Shown here: positions 24,898 through 37,600 of the stretch, in pieces
Layout of the letters: the number at the start of each line of letters is the position of its first letter
Position numbering within the stretch: position 1 is the stretch's first letter
DNA from: Massalongia carnosa
Taxonomy: Eukaryota
DNA length: 64,000 nucleotides
Reading direction: 5' to 3'
Assembly: GCA_965645245.1 (NCBI GenBank)
Contig: OZ287086.1
Coordinates: 806,001-870,000 of the forward strand
The notes under the pieces: generated by a model
The model's input: only the letters and a program-made list of their open reading frames with translations
Told to the model about the DNA's origin: nothing
The model's database searches: none
Translations under genes and position numbers: made by a program

Positions 24898-26774
24898 GTG
24901 CATTGAAATCTCAACAGATGACGAATTGATCAGTTGATTTAGGTTATAAATAGATTAAAAGTCGATCGATCGTGTATGTTTCTCGATCACTTTGACTTTT
25001 TTCGTTATAAATATTGAAAATCTGCAATTTTCGAAATTCATCAATTGTAATTTCAATAATTTGCATATCGGAATCGTCAATAAGATCCGTTCTAGGCGTG
25101 CATTGCAGTTTGGAATTGCCATTTGTGACAAATATAGCTACTCTCGAGCGATAAGTTGCTATTTTCGGCATAATACATGTAAATGACGGATGTGATATTA
25201 ATTTTTGATCTCGTGTCCATGGTTCCTGAAACAAAACAATATCAATTTGATTTGATAAAGCATATTCCAAACACGATATCATTGCATTCGTTGACTTTGC
25301 ATAATTATATTGAATAAATTTAACATTTTGTGTATTTTCGATGATTGTCAATAAATGCTGTCCTGCCATTACAAAGCGGCTAATTCGTCAGTCGCTTTTC
25401 GAACATTTAACGATATAATCATTTCACAATTTTCATCATTGGATTGATAATTCTTGTTGCAATTCGCGCATTTGACGACGAGGTTTGCACAAGCAATTTT
25501 TGACTTGCATGTTGTGCATTCTTGATTGCGTGTTTCATGGTTTTGCGCACATATGCTGCATTTCGCTTGACTTTTGCATTAATAATGCTTGTGTCTAAAT
25601 TTTTGACAATTAATGCATTGTGTGTTTGGACGAACGGAGGTAAATATTTCCGTGTCACAATGTCGGCCCGCGATATTGACTCCTTTTAACGCGTTCAAGG
25701 CCATATTTCTATCATTGAATGTCAAAAACAACGGATGATTTGATCTTGTTATGACGATCACGTGCTAGCCGTCTGGGAACATCGCATAATTACATGTTCG
25801 AATTGAACTTTTTAATTTCGTCTTGCAAATATTGCATGTTTTCATCAAATTTTGCAATATTTACACCGTGTGCGACGACTTTGAACCACGATTCGTCCTT
25901 TCGAACTGTTCGTGGGTCGAATAAATGCTCCCATATTGATTTATTGTTCAATAAATCTTCAGCAGTGTTATCAGGACTAGTAGTCATAACGATTCTTTGA
26001 CCCGTTTTGGACTTTTCGACCGTGTTAATAACGATAGTCAATTTCACGTCTTTAAAAATCGAGTTGATTTGGTTTCGAAGCAACAGTGAATCGATATCGC
26101 CGATTTGAGCTTTCGGTGCGATTATCAATCTTCGAGATTTGATCGACTTGAAATCGTCAGTATTATCGAATTTGTTCGCATTCGAATTATTGTTGTTGTT
26201 CTTGTTTGTTTTTTTGGATCGAGGAACGGTAGTCCAATTTTCGGAATTGACAGTCGCTTTTCCGAGCATTTGGCTCCATGTTCTAGCTGTATCGTTGACC
26301 TGCGGCCCTGGGACTCGGGCGGTCTCGCTCCGAATTTCTGGGTTGACGTTTTGAGTCAAATTCGAATTTCCATTTTAATTTCCCTTCGATTTTGTCTGTA
26401 CAGGATGCACCGATTGTCTCTTTGTTTCTGGAATTTGGATAGTTTGTTCTAGCACCCTATTCAATTTCCAATAAATCATTTCTAACGTTGCTTTTGGCTT
26501 GATCGATTTCTTTGCCAGTAGAGAATTGACGTGATCGATGACCATAGCCGTTTCGGGGTTTCGATCTATTACGAATGACTCTATTAGTGCATTTTTTGCC
26601 GTATTCAATAGTTGAATCGATTTTGATCGATTGATGACTTCTTGACTTTCAATCGAATGTTCGTCAAATTTTCGTATTTTGTTGCGTTTAATTGGTGGAC
26701 TCAGTCGAATATCAAAATTCAATGATGGCATGGGCAGAGTGGTACTGAATTCACCAGATGGCGCGACAAAAGGT
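24898..26774 (-). mobile_element. LINE fragment E (most of ORF1 and the first ~155 codons of ORF2)
   Basis: ORF pieces 24944-25369, 25790-26359 and 26375-26774 match C. Confidence 0.9.
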
Positions 26775-29700
26775 CGCGGTTTAGTGTATTTATACGCGGT
26801 AAATACATCTTTATTTGCAGCATTTTCTAGCAAAGTCAACCATGTTTGTTGTTTTGCTTTTCGAATTGCATGAAAATATTCGATTTAACTATGTTTCAAC
26901 GTCCGATGACTAAAATCGGACGGATAATTCTTCCATTCTCGACGATGTCTCAAGGTTTTTGGAAGTTCGGTTAAATCTTGCGACCAACAATTTTTCGATT
27001 TTGCACAAATTTTCGTTTTCGGTATAAACATTTAAGCCGCGTTTTTGATAATGTTTTGCAAATATATCGCTGATTCGTCGAATTGATGATTATTCAATAA
27101 ACATTGAACTTGTGATTTGTAGATGGTTGAATTTTCGTCTAGAAACTTCGCGAATGTATTCCAATCGGCTTTATTGCAATTGTATTTATTAAATAATGCG
27201 GTTGCATGTGAAGTTAAATTTTTGAAAGATGCGATTAGTTCAAATCGGATAACTTCATGATCAGAACCTGTGACGGTGTTTTCATCGATTGACCAATTTG
27301 TAATTGCATTTTCGATTTTAGAATTTGCAAATGTTAAATCAATAACAGATGAAGAACTTCCAGAATGGTTGTAGTATGTACATAAGTCAGGTGTGTTTAT
27401 CAAACTACACCTGTTTAATTTCAACCATTTAACTAGATTTTCTAATCGAATTGCTTGTTGAGTTTTCGAATTCCACCAGTTATGATGTGCATTGAAATCT
27501 CCACAGATGACAAATTGATCAGTTGATTTAGGTTGTAATTGGATTAAAAGTCGATCGATCGTGTATGTTTCTCGATCACTTTGGCTTTTTTCGTTATAAA
27601 TATTGAAAATCTGCACTTTTCGAACTTTATCAATTGTAATTTCAATAATTTTCATACCGGAATCGTCAATAAGATCCGTTCTAGGCGTGGATTGCAGTTT
27701 GGGATTGCCTTTCGTGAAAAATATAGCTTCTCTCGAGCGATAAGTCGCTATTTTTGGCATAATACATGTAAATTACGGATGTGATATTGTTTTTTGATCT
27801 CGTGTCCATGGTTCCTGAAACAAAACAATATCAATTTGATTTGATAAAGCATATTCCAAACACGATATCATTGCATTCGTTGATTTTGCACAATTATGTT
27901 GAATAAATTTAACATTTTGTATATATTCGATTTTTGTCAACGAATGCTTTCCTGCCATTACAAAGCGGCTAGTTCGTCAGTCGATTTTCGAACATTTAAC
28001 GATATAACCATTTCACAATTTTCATCATTGGATTGATTATTCTTGTTGCAATTCGCGCATTTGACGACTACGTGTGCACAAGCAATTTTCGATTTGCATG
28101 TTGTGCATTCATGATTGCGTGTTTCATGGATTTGCGCACAAATGCTGCATTTCGCTTGACTTTTGCATTGATAATGCTTGTGTCCAAATTTTTGAGAACT
28201 AATGCATTGTATGTTTGGACGAACGGAGGTAAATATTTCCGTGTCACAATGTCGGCCAGCGATATTGACTCCTTTTAATGCGCTCAAGGCCATATTTCGA
28301 TCATTGAATGTCAAAACAACGGATGATTTTATCTTGTTATGACGATCACGTGCTAGCCATCTGGGAACATCGCATAATTGCATGTTCGAATTGAACTTTT
28401 TAATTTCGGTTGACTTATGCATTGATAATGCTTGTTTCCAAATTTTTGACAATTAATGCATTGTGTGTTTGGACGAACGGGGGTAAATATTTCCGTGTCA
28501 CAATGTCGGCCAGCGAAATTCACTACTTTTAACGCGCTCAAGGCCATATTTCGATCATTGAATTTCAAAACAACGGATGATTTTATCTTGTTATGACGAT
28601 CACGTCCTAGTCATCTGGGAACATCGCATAAATGCATGTTCAAATTGAATTTTTGAATTTCGTCTTGCAAATATTTCATTTTTTCATCAAATGTTGCAAT
28701 ATTTACACCGTGTGCGACGACTTTAAACCACGATGCGTCCTTTCGAATTGGTCGTGGGTCGAATAAATGCTACTATATAGATTTATTGTCCAATAAATCT
28801 TCAGCAGTGTTATCAGGACTAGTAGTCAGAACGATGTTTTGACCCGTTTTGGACTTTTCGACCGTGTTAACAACGATAGTCAATTTCTCGTATTTAAAAA
28901 GCGAATTGATTTGGTTTCGAAGCAACAGTGAATCGATATCGCCGATTTGAGCTTTCGGTGTGATTATCAACCGTCGATATTTGATTGCCTTGAAATAGTC
29001 AGTAGTATCGAATTTGTCCGCATTCGAATTGTTGTTTTTGTTGTTATTATTTGTTTTTTTGGATCGAGGAACGGTAGTCCAATTTTCGGAATTGACAGTC
29101 GCTTTTCCGATCATTCGGCTCCATGTTCTAGCTGTATCGTTGACCTGCGGCCCTGAGACTCCGGTGGTTTCGCTCCGAATTTCTGGGTTGACGTTTTTAG
29201 TCCAATTCGAATTTCCATTTGATTTTCCCTTCGATTTTATCTGTACAGATCGCACCGATTGTCTCTTTGTTTCTGGAATTTGGATAGTTTGTTCTAGCAC
29301 CCTATTCAATTTCTAATCAATCATTTCTAACGTTGGTTTTGGCTTGATCTATTTCTTTGCCAGTAGAGAATTGACGTAATCGATGACCATAGCCGTTTCG
29401 GGGTTTTGATCTATTACGAATGACTCCAATAATGCATTTTTTGCCGTATTCAATAGTTGAATCGATTTTGATCGATTGATGACTTCTTGACTTTCAATCG
29501 AATGTTCGTCAAATGTTCGTCTTTTGTTGCGTTTAATTGGTGGACTCAATCGAATATCAGAATTCAATGATGGTATGGGCAGATTAGTACTGAATTCACC
29601 AGATGGCGCGACAAAAGATTTCGCTTTTGGGGTGGGTGTGGACGGTGCGGACGAAAATTCTCGCGTTTGGTGCATGGCCTCCGTGGATTTTACGGTTAGT

Positions 29701-30762
29701 GGGGTGCTCCCAATTATCACTACCGAAGATTGCGTGGGTGAGTCGGTTCGGGGGGTGCCCGGGGGTGTACTCGGGGGGACCCATAGATGTTGTGGAGGGG
29801 GGCCTCGGGGAGGAGTTGTTGATATCAATCGATTTGGTCTATGACCTATCGGGTTAAACCTTCAATTGAGCATAGTGTTTTTGACTTTGCAATATCCCTT
29901 TTATCGCCACCAAATAATTTATTCTGACTTTCCCCGGACGTACTAGTCAGAATAGAATTTACACCTGTTTACTGGTCAAATGACTCTTTCTTTCCTATCC
30001 CTATTTATTTGACTATAACGCGACAAATAAATCCTAATCGGGTTAAAATAGACCGTTCCTCGCTAAGGCAGTAAGTCTGATTTAACCCTTTACCAGACAC
30101 TAAAATAGGTGAAAATAATGAAAGTTTTTTTTGCTTTTTACAATAAAGATAAATTTTAATGCAATGTAAGACAATACGAGACTTCCTATTCTCATTAATC
30201 TGAAACATTACGTTTGGTATAATCCTATTCCAGACGTTTTTCCACTTCTTTTCAGTGATCTGTTGACCGGCCGTTCAACGAAGATCGATAAAGCCGAAAA
30301 TAGACTGTGCAAAAATTATACGTGAAATATGCATTGAAAATTTGTGCTGGCGGAAGTTCCCATAACCTTAAATGAGGAATGAACTTTTGAAGACTTTGAC
30401 TTCGCGACAGTTGTTGTACAGTCCCGCAAGAGTAGATATTTTTTGTAGATAATTTTTATAGTAATAATTGAAGGTCATGCTACAACAGAACAGAAGAAAT
30501 CAAGAAAAAAGAGCGATTTTTGGTGATGTTGTTGGTGTTTGTTCTTTTTTGCAACTTCTAGAGCGCGCTTTATCACGTCGGTCGCGTACGACCAGCAGAA
30601 AAACTCTGCTGAAGCTTTGCTAGAGCTCTCCTACACTCAATCTGAGAGCGTTGTGGCTATGGAGGAGCTCAAATAACTGAGAAATAGCTGCTTAATTGAC
30701 TGTTAAAGTTATAGTGTATCAAAGGTTGCGGTACTTGTGTTTCTTGTTGTTGTTGTTTGTTT
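26775..30762 (-). mobile_element. LINE copy F (5'UTR, ORF1 with internal duplication, APE part of ORF2), 3'-truncated
   Basis: Matches C from about ORF2 codon 395 to the 5' terminus gcggtacttgtgtttcttgttgttgttg. Confidence 0.92.
28149..28662. repeat. 254-bp tandem duplication in LINE F ORF1
   Basis: atttcg at 28149, 28403 and 28657 bounds two diverged copies. Confidence 0.85.
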
Positions 30763-30880
30763 CAAGAAACCGTAAGAGTGATCTTTAATGAAATCACTTC
30801 GCGTTATTCATAAAGGTCTCCCGTTTATGAACCGACCATGTCTCGCAGGGATTTTTACTACTATGTTCCTGACCAGGCAG

Positions 30881-33051
30881 TATCCCTCTCGCTGTCATTC
30901 TAGCACCCCCCCCCCAAGCTAATCTATATTGGACTAGCTTCCGCACCGATGAGTCATCAGAACATTAGTTTTCTCTAGAGTGTTTGCGCGTTTGTTTACT
31001 TTTCAAAGAATACTATTCGGTCATTCAATCAAAATAAATCACATAAATTACTATTCTTCAAGCTTCGGAATTGATATTATAAGTATGACGCTCAATGAAG
31101 AAGAAATCCCGAGTGTATCAGACAAATCTCCCATTTAAGCGAAGCAACATAAAATAAATCGCAAAAGAAGTGTTCGGGATATTTTAATCGACCTTCCCCC
31201 TATTTCCTCAAAATATACCCCCATTCGGGTTGAAAACAGGCCTTTTGTTCCGCTCGTTGAAAACGATTCTCGAAATCCTTTGGGATTATTTCGGTTTTTT
31301 ATAACAAGGCAGCATTGTCGTATTATCGCAAATCATACCAATATCAAGGCAAATAACTACATGGAAAAGGAGAAGGAGAACAATCATCGGGTTTGGACTG
31401 ACACTACTGACTCGGAAATTGAGGTTTTTTTGGGCATATTAATTCTTATGGGACTCGATCATCTACCTGCTACAGAGGATTATTGGAATCAACGTCCTGA
31501 CAAACCAGTTATCATGCCTATTCTGTCCGCGATGTCGCTTGGTCGATTTCAACAAATCAAACGATTTTTGAAAATCAATAATGGACAGACTGAGCCTATC
31601 GGACTTGGTCAAGGACCTGATTGGTGGAAGAAACTGGAACCGTTGGCTACTGATTTCCGAAAGACTTCATTGAAACATTGCAGACCAGGAAGTATGATAT
31701 CTATAGATGAACAGCTGGTGTTATTCAAGGGCCGTTCTCGACATACCTTGCAGATTACTACAAAAAGTGCCCATAAAGGATTTAAAATCTACAGTCTCTG
31801 TCAGGATAATTATCTGTTGTCATTTATGTTTGCCTCGAAGAGTAGCAGAATAAGTGAATTGAAAACAGTCAGACAATTGGGATTTTTGCCAAAAGATAAA
31901 CTAACTCCTAGTGCTTTGCTAGTGATTCAGTTATGTAAAGAACTTCCGTCCTCACTGAATTATCATCTTTTCTGTGATAATTTCTTTACTAGTACGAAAT
32001 TATTCAAGGCACTTCGATCAATCGGAATAGCTGCCAGTGGAACTGCTAAAAAGGGCTCGGGCTTTCCAGAAGAATTGTTGGCCATACGGGACGTCACTTC
32101 AAAAGGAAAAGACTGGGGTCTTCAGGCCTATATGGTGGTCGACGATAAGGTGCTTTGTATGGGCTGGGTGGATAATAATGGTGTGCAGTATATGACCACC
32201 GGTCATTCTCCTCAGGACTTGTACGAAATGCACTATATAAATCCGCACAAGAGATATGGAATTCCCGAGACCTCTCTTCAACCTATTGTATCGTATTTCC
32301 CATCAACTCTGGCTCACTCCATTCCCTTGCTCAATCAAGAGGTTCAACGGCCCTTAGGATTACCGATACCAGCCCCAATCAAAGAATATAATCTTCATAT
32401 GGGGGGATCGGATGGAAACGCTCAGCAACGAGCGATTTACTCATACAATCGTCGAACGGATCGTTACTGGTGGCCTTTATTCATTTTTATTTTAGATGCA
32501 GCCGGATTGAATGCCTATAAACTTTACTCGCTGAACTCTTTCGATTCCGAGGAGATAAAATTTACTCGTTCTGAATTTCTTCGTCGGATTGCTCTTGAAC
32601 TGATATCAAATCAAGCGGGCATCAGGCCCGGCTCATCAAAGATAAGCATCAATACCACGATTGATGCTTTAGTACCATCTCCCATTCATCATTACGTTCG
32701 TCTTGAAGGCAGAAAAAGATATGTGTAATGTAACGCCGAGAAAAAACGACCTTCAAAGCGGAAGGGAGAGCCACTGGCTGAAATAAGTGTCGATGGGCGT
32801 AAAAGAAGGCGAAGGGGTGCTAAGACTATATGGGCTTGTGGAGGATGTAATCCAATCAGGCCCTGCTGTAAGAAAGCCAGCTGTTGGGAAGCTATTCATA
32901 TGATAGGGGACGAGTAAATAGGTATCTGATACTCCGTACAACTTCTTGTGAATAGGAATAACATTGATTGGTCAAAAGATTAAGGTTTAGCGCTTTCTAA
33001 CCAACAATGGTTTAGCTTGGGGGGGGTGCTAGAATGACAGCGAGAGGGATA
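30881..33051 (+). mobile_element. piggyBac-like DNA transposon with ~40-bp TIRs
   Basis: TIR tatccctctcgctgtcattctagcaccc...aagctaa at 30881-30922, inverted at 33012-33051; the exact termini are ambiguous by 3 bp. Confidence 0.92.
31085..32917 (+). pseudogene. piggyBac-family transposase with two in-frame stops
   Basis: SIDEQL, CDNFFTS and YNLHMGGSD motifs; ATG 31085 in frame with TAA at 31136; TAA at 32726 cuts off an in-frame Cys-rich tail (C...ACGGC...CC...CWEAIH, stop 32917). Confidence 0.9.
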
Positions 33052-33335
33052 GTATCGATTTTACGTCCCTACTAACCAAAACGAGTCGAGGACAACTCGG
33101 GCGGGTGCTCGTTTAAAATTCTTCTATTAGCTCACGGCCTAGACTGTTATCAATTACCGGGTTCCTCGTATATTGCCCTCTTCTGGTCCCAAGGGTGTCT
33201 TATTTGATGACTATGTTGCCTCCACTATCCCCGGTACGACTCCGGTTCGGGCCGTGTTGCTGACTCTAGCCATCAATCGGATGATTTTCATAACTCAAAT
33301 ACCTTGTATCGTGTAGGCTGTGAAGCTACACTATG

Positions 33336-33634
33336 TGTGAGGCGAAGTACGAACAGTGTCACTAAATGCCTCTACAGTAGTGGTCGGACAATAGAATAGA
33401 AGTCGCTATGGAACAGCAGTAGGTGGAGTGTAATTAATAGATTGATCAGTGGCCCTCCGAAAGAGGTGGGCGAAGGGCTCTTTATCCTATAGCCCCACCA
33501 CGATCAGGCCACGTTCGTCAAACGAATTGCAATTACATGATTAGACCGGTTGAGACTATCGCATGGGTGTCATCCCGCGCACCTCCTGCAGAAGTGTACG
33601 ACCGCTTCCTGTCTTATAGAAAGTTGTCCTGATA
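33336..33634 (-). repeat. G1 3' LTR
   Basis: tgtgagg...cctgata; about 24 differences from the partner LTR, counted by eye. Confidence 0.95.
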
Positions 33635-34689
33635 GTACCCTCCTCCTAGGGCTCATGTCCTCATGTGCTTGCTGTCGCGTTTTCTATAGTCTCAATTCAT
33701 CCTCAGCCTAACCCCCGTCGAGTCCCCTGTTATGAATCCTCTGACATTCCGAACATGATTCATGCTTTTGCCTTCAAAGTCTCGCACCTGGGACTCAAGC
33801 GCTGCATCCAGAATCTCCTTTCATGTCGTTTAAGCCATATCTCCAATAAAACTGGTGAGTTATCGGCCAGTGTAGTGAATTCCAATGAGGTTTCGTGAAG
33901 AATGTGTGAATAATCCCCCACTTCTCATAAAACTCCCCATCTTTCTCTTTCCTTTCTCCCTTATACAAGCATAATACCAATGCCTAAAACTCCAGAATAC
34001 CGTGTTATTTCTGCCCCTTCCTTGTCCCCTGATGAGCTCGGGGATTACCCACTACCTCGCGGTAGTGGAAGACGTCTTCCGCCTTCTAGTCTGAGGAAAG
34101 TACGTGTTCCTGGCGATTCCCCTTCTGTTGCTCGGTCTTCAGCTCGTTCTCTTGCGTTTGGTGAGGCAATATCAATTTCTTCTCTGCGCCGTCCTCTGTC
34201 TCTCCGTCCTCGGCTCCTCTACCCCTGCGGTCGCTTCCTTCCCGTTCCGGTCGGCCTTCTGTCTTTTGTAACCCAATGGGCGTTCGTCGGGTGGTGAGAG
34301 CTCGTCCGGATTTTATATAGAGGGACGGTCAACTTCGGCTTCGCGCTCTGCTTCGGGCTCGCCGGCCTATCGCGGGCCTTCAGGAGATGGTGTGCGTGCG
34401 CCTCCTTCCCGTGTGGCTCCTCCCCCCACCAGGCATTCTCCGGCCTCTCGCGGGTCGCGCGGTGTTGCCTTCCCTCCTCACGAGGATACGTGTGAAGAAT
34501 GAGAGGGTATTGACCTTGAGGGCTACAAGGTCAAGGGAGGAGTGATTTGGTTTTTTCAGAGCGTTAGCAAGGGATACGACGGCCGTTAGATAGAATGAAA
34601 TTTTAGATTTTCAATCTTTATCCGCTCTCATTTCTTGTTCCTCTTCCGTCTTTTCTTGACGTGAGAATCATCATGATTTGCTGGATATT

Positions 34690-37600
34690 GCTGATGATAT
34701 ATTCTAATCAGGTACTGAGATCCTTTCATATCTTCGACTGGTAACCATTGATTATCTGTATCTGAGTAGCCTGACCATTTCACTAAGTATTAGAGTTTAC
34801 CATAATGAATCCCACTGTCTAGGATTTTCTCTACTTCCCACTGCTCTTCCCCCGCGACCTCTATTGCGGGAGGCTCTTCTGATCCTCTTTTTGGATCTAT
34901 ATTGTGGGGTTCTAACAAGGAGACATGAAATACATTATATACTCCCTTCAGTAAGCTGGGTAGTCGCACGCGGTAAGCATTCTTCCCCACGAGAACTAAT
35001 ATCTCATATGGTCCATAATATTTATAATCAAATTTCTTGGATGGCCTAGTAGACTTGAAATTTTTAGCGCTCAGTAGATCTTTCTCACCTACTTTATATA
35101 TCTTAGGAATATGGTTTTCATTATAGAACTTAGCTTGAGAGTTTACATCCTCATTGAGAAGTTTCCGCAACTTTTCTCTTTGTTTCAGCATGTTCACCGC
35201 CCGAAGGCGAGATGCTGGGGTCTCGCTCTCCCTTGCTCGAGAATACTATCTTCCCACTTTGGGGCTTCCCCGAACATTGCTTCGAACGGTGTCATATTGA
35301 TGACGCTGTGCAAGCTATTGTTGTAAGCAAACTCAGCCATTGGTAACAAATATAACCAGTCATTTTGCTGATAGTTCACATAACACCTCAGGTACTGTTC
35401 TAAAATTTGGTTTTGTCTCTCCGTCTGCACATCGGTTTGAGGATGGAATGCTGTGCTATAATAGAGCCGTACTCGGAGGTAATAACAGAAGTACGACCAA
35501 AATTTGGAGCTGAAAAGACTTCCCCGATCTGTTACAATCGACACTGGCATACCGAATTTGGTAAATATTTTTCGACAAAGACATCGCTCATGTTCTCAGC
35601 TTCCCAGTCCTTTCGTGCGGGTATGTAGCGAGAGAATTTCGTATACCTGTCTATCGTTACCAGGATAGAGTCATAAACTTGCCCCCGCCGAATACTTGGC
35701 GGAAGGTCGGTTATAAAGTCCATTGTCCAATTATGTCTAGGTCCTTGGGGGATTGGCAACGACACCAATTCTCCGTAAGGGTTATGTCTTGGAGCCTTGA
35801 CCTGATGACAACGAGTACAGGTTTTGACATAACTTTTGATGTCTTTTCGCATTTTAGGCCAGTAGTATTTTATTTGAATTAATTCCACTATCCGCCTAAC
35901 TCTAAAGTGGCCCGCATTGGGGTCGTCATGATTCTGTCGCAGTAGCGCTTCTCTCAATATGCCTGAAGGTACGTACCATTTATTATCTCTGCATAAAAGG
36001 CCGTCTTCTATATGCCAAAGGTTTTCTTTGTCTTTATTATTCCCCGCGGTTTCCCTTCCAATGCCAGGTAATCTACCTGCGAGTGACTTTGGACACCTTT
36101 GTTGACTTCTAGCGTTCCATACAAACTCTCCCTCTTGTGTTGCTCCCACTGTGCCGACGAGGCGGCAAGGGGCCTTCTCTGCTGCGCGAGTTGATCAGAC
36201 TCTTGCAGTGCCAGAAGGACGGTGCGTAACTCGAGCGGTAGAGCAGTAAAGGCTGAGTCCTTCTCTGAAACTTCCTTTGATTGTTCTAGAGAAATTCGAG
36301 ACTCCTTCTCGGATGTCTCCAAGAGTTGGAACTCTGTAGGCTTCGTTTCTCTTCTCCTTAACTCTACTTACTGCTCCAAGAACCTCGAGAGTTTCATTCT
36401 CAGTCCCTTCAGTAGCCAGTAAGGAACGCGCGCTTGGACCATTTTCGGTCTCATCAACGGAGAGTCCCCTGATTCATAATCAGTTCCGTTAACAGATTCA
36501 GGTTCTATAAATCCATGCACAATTGTGCTATCAACAGTGGGCTCCCATTCCATAACATTTCACCTAGGAGCAGTTACAGGGATGCCGGTTATCGACGCAA
36601 CCACCCACTTCTTCGTCTCGAACTTTTCTTCGAGTTTCTCTGTCCCCTGTCGAATACTCAGAGGCTCCCCTGCTTCACTGGAAACTACTGCACCGACTTG
36701 ATGAGACAAGTTGGGTTCATTTCCAGCATAGTCTGGACGCCTTGAAGGCCCGTCCGGAGGATTATAGCGCCCTGGTCGGTATTCAAATACCAAGTCGAGA
36801 CTAAAGAGTCTTTCCCACCATCGCGCTTCTCTTCGGGATAAATTCTTGGTGGTGAGAAACGTACGAAGGTTGTAGTGATCGGTGATCACACGAATGGGAT
36901 GCATTGCCCCTTCAAGATAGTGTCGCCATTGCTTGCATGCTTCGACAATCGCTAACATCTCAGTTTCGCCCACTCCATAATTGAGTTCAGCTGGGGCCAT
37001 TTTCCTTGTCCAAAAGTCGATAGGATGCCAGCGTCCGGATTCGTCGACTAACTGTGATATAATTGCAAAAATCGCGACTCCTGAGGCGTCCGGTTCTAAT
37101 TGGATTTTCCTCTTCGGGTCGAAGTGCAATAGCATGGGAGCAGTCGTGAAAACAAGTTTTAATTTTTCGAAGGATTCCTTGGCTTCCTTTGCGAACGTAA
37201 ACTGGCCGTCGAATTTACGCCTTTTTCCTCATTTGAGAAGAGTAGTAAGGGCAGTTACTATCCGCGAAAACCCGTCTATAAATCATCTATAGAAGTTCGC
37301 AAAACTTAAGAAGACTTGTACGTCTCTATGATTTTTGGGTTCTGGCCAATTTTTTATCGTCGTTATGCGAGAGGGGTCCATTCTTATGCCCGTTGGAGTC
37401 AAAATAAATCCTAATTATTCAATCTCGTACTTATTGAAAAGGCATTTGGAGAGTTTCGCATGCAGATTATATTTCCGAAGCTTCTCGAGTATTATTTGAA
37501 CGTGATTTGCATGCTCTTCGATTTTTTTTAGAAAATACCAAAATATCGTCCAGATACACTACTACGAATATGTCCAGGTATTCACTTAGAGCTTCGTGAA

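Noticed and set aside
410..30208. Recurring short antisense or alternate-frame ORFs in the LINE copies
   Set aside because: They recur only because the DNA copies are similar; no motifs and often non-ATG starts.
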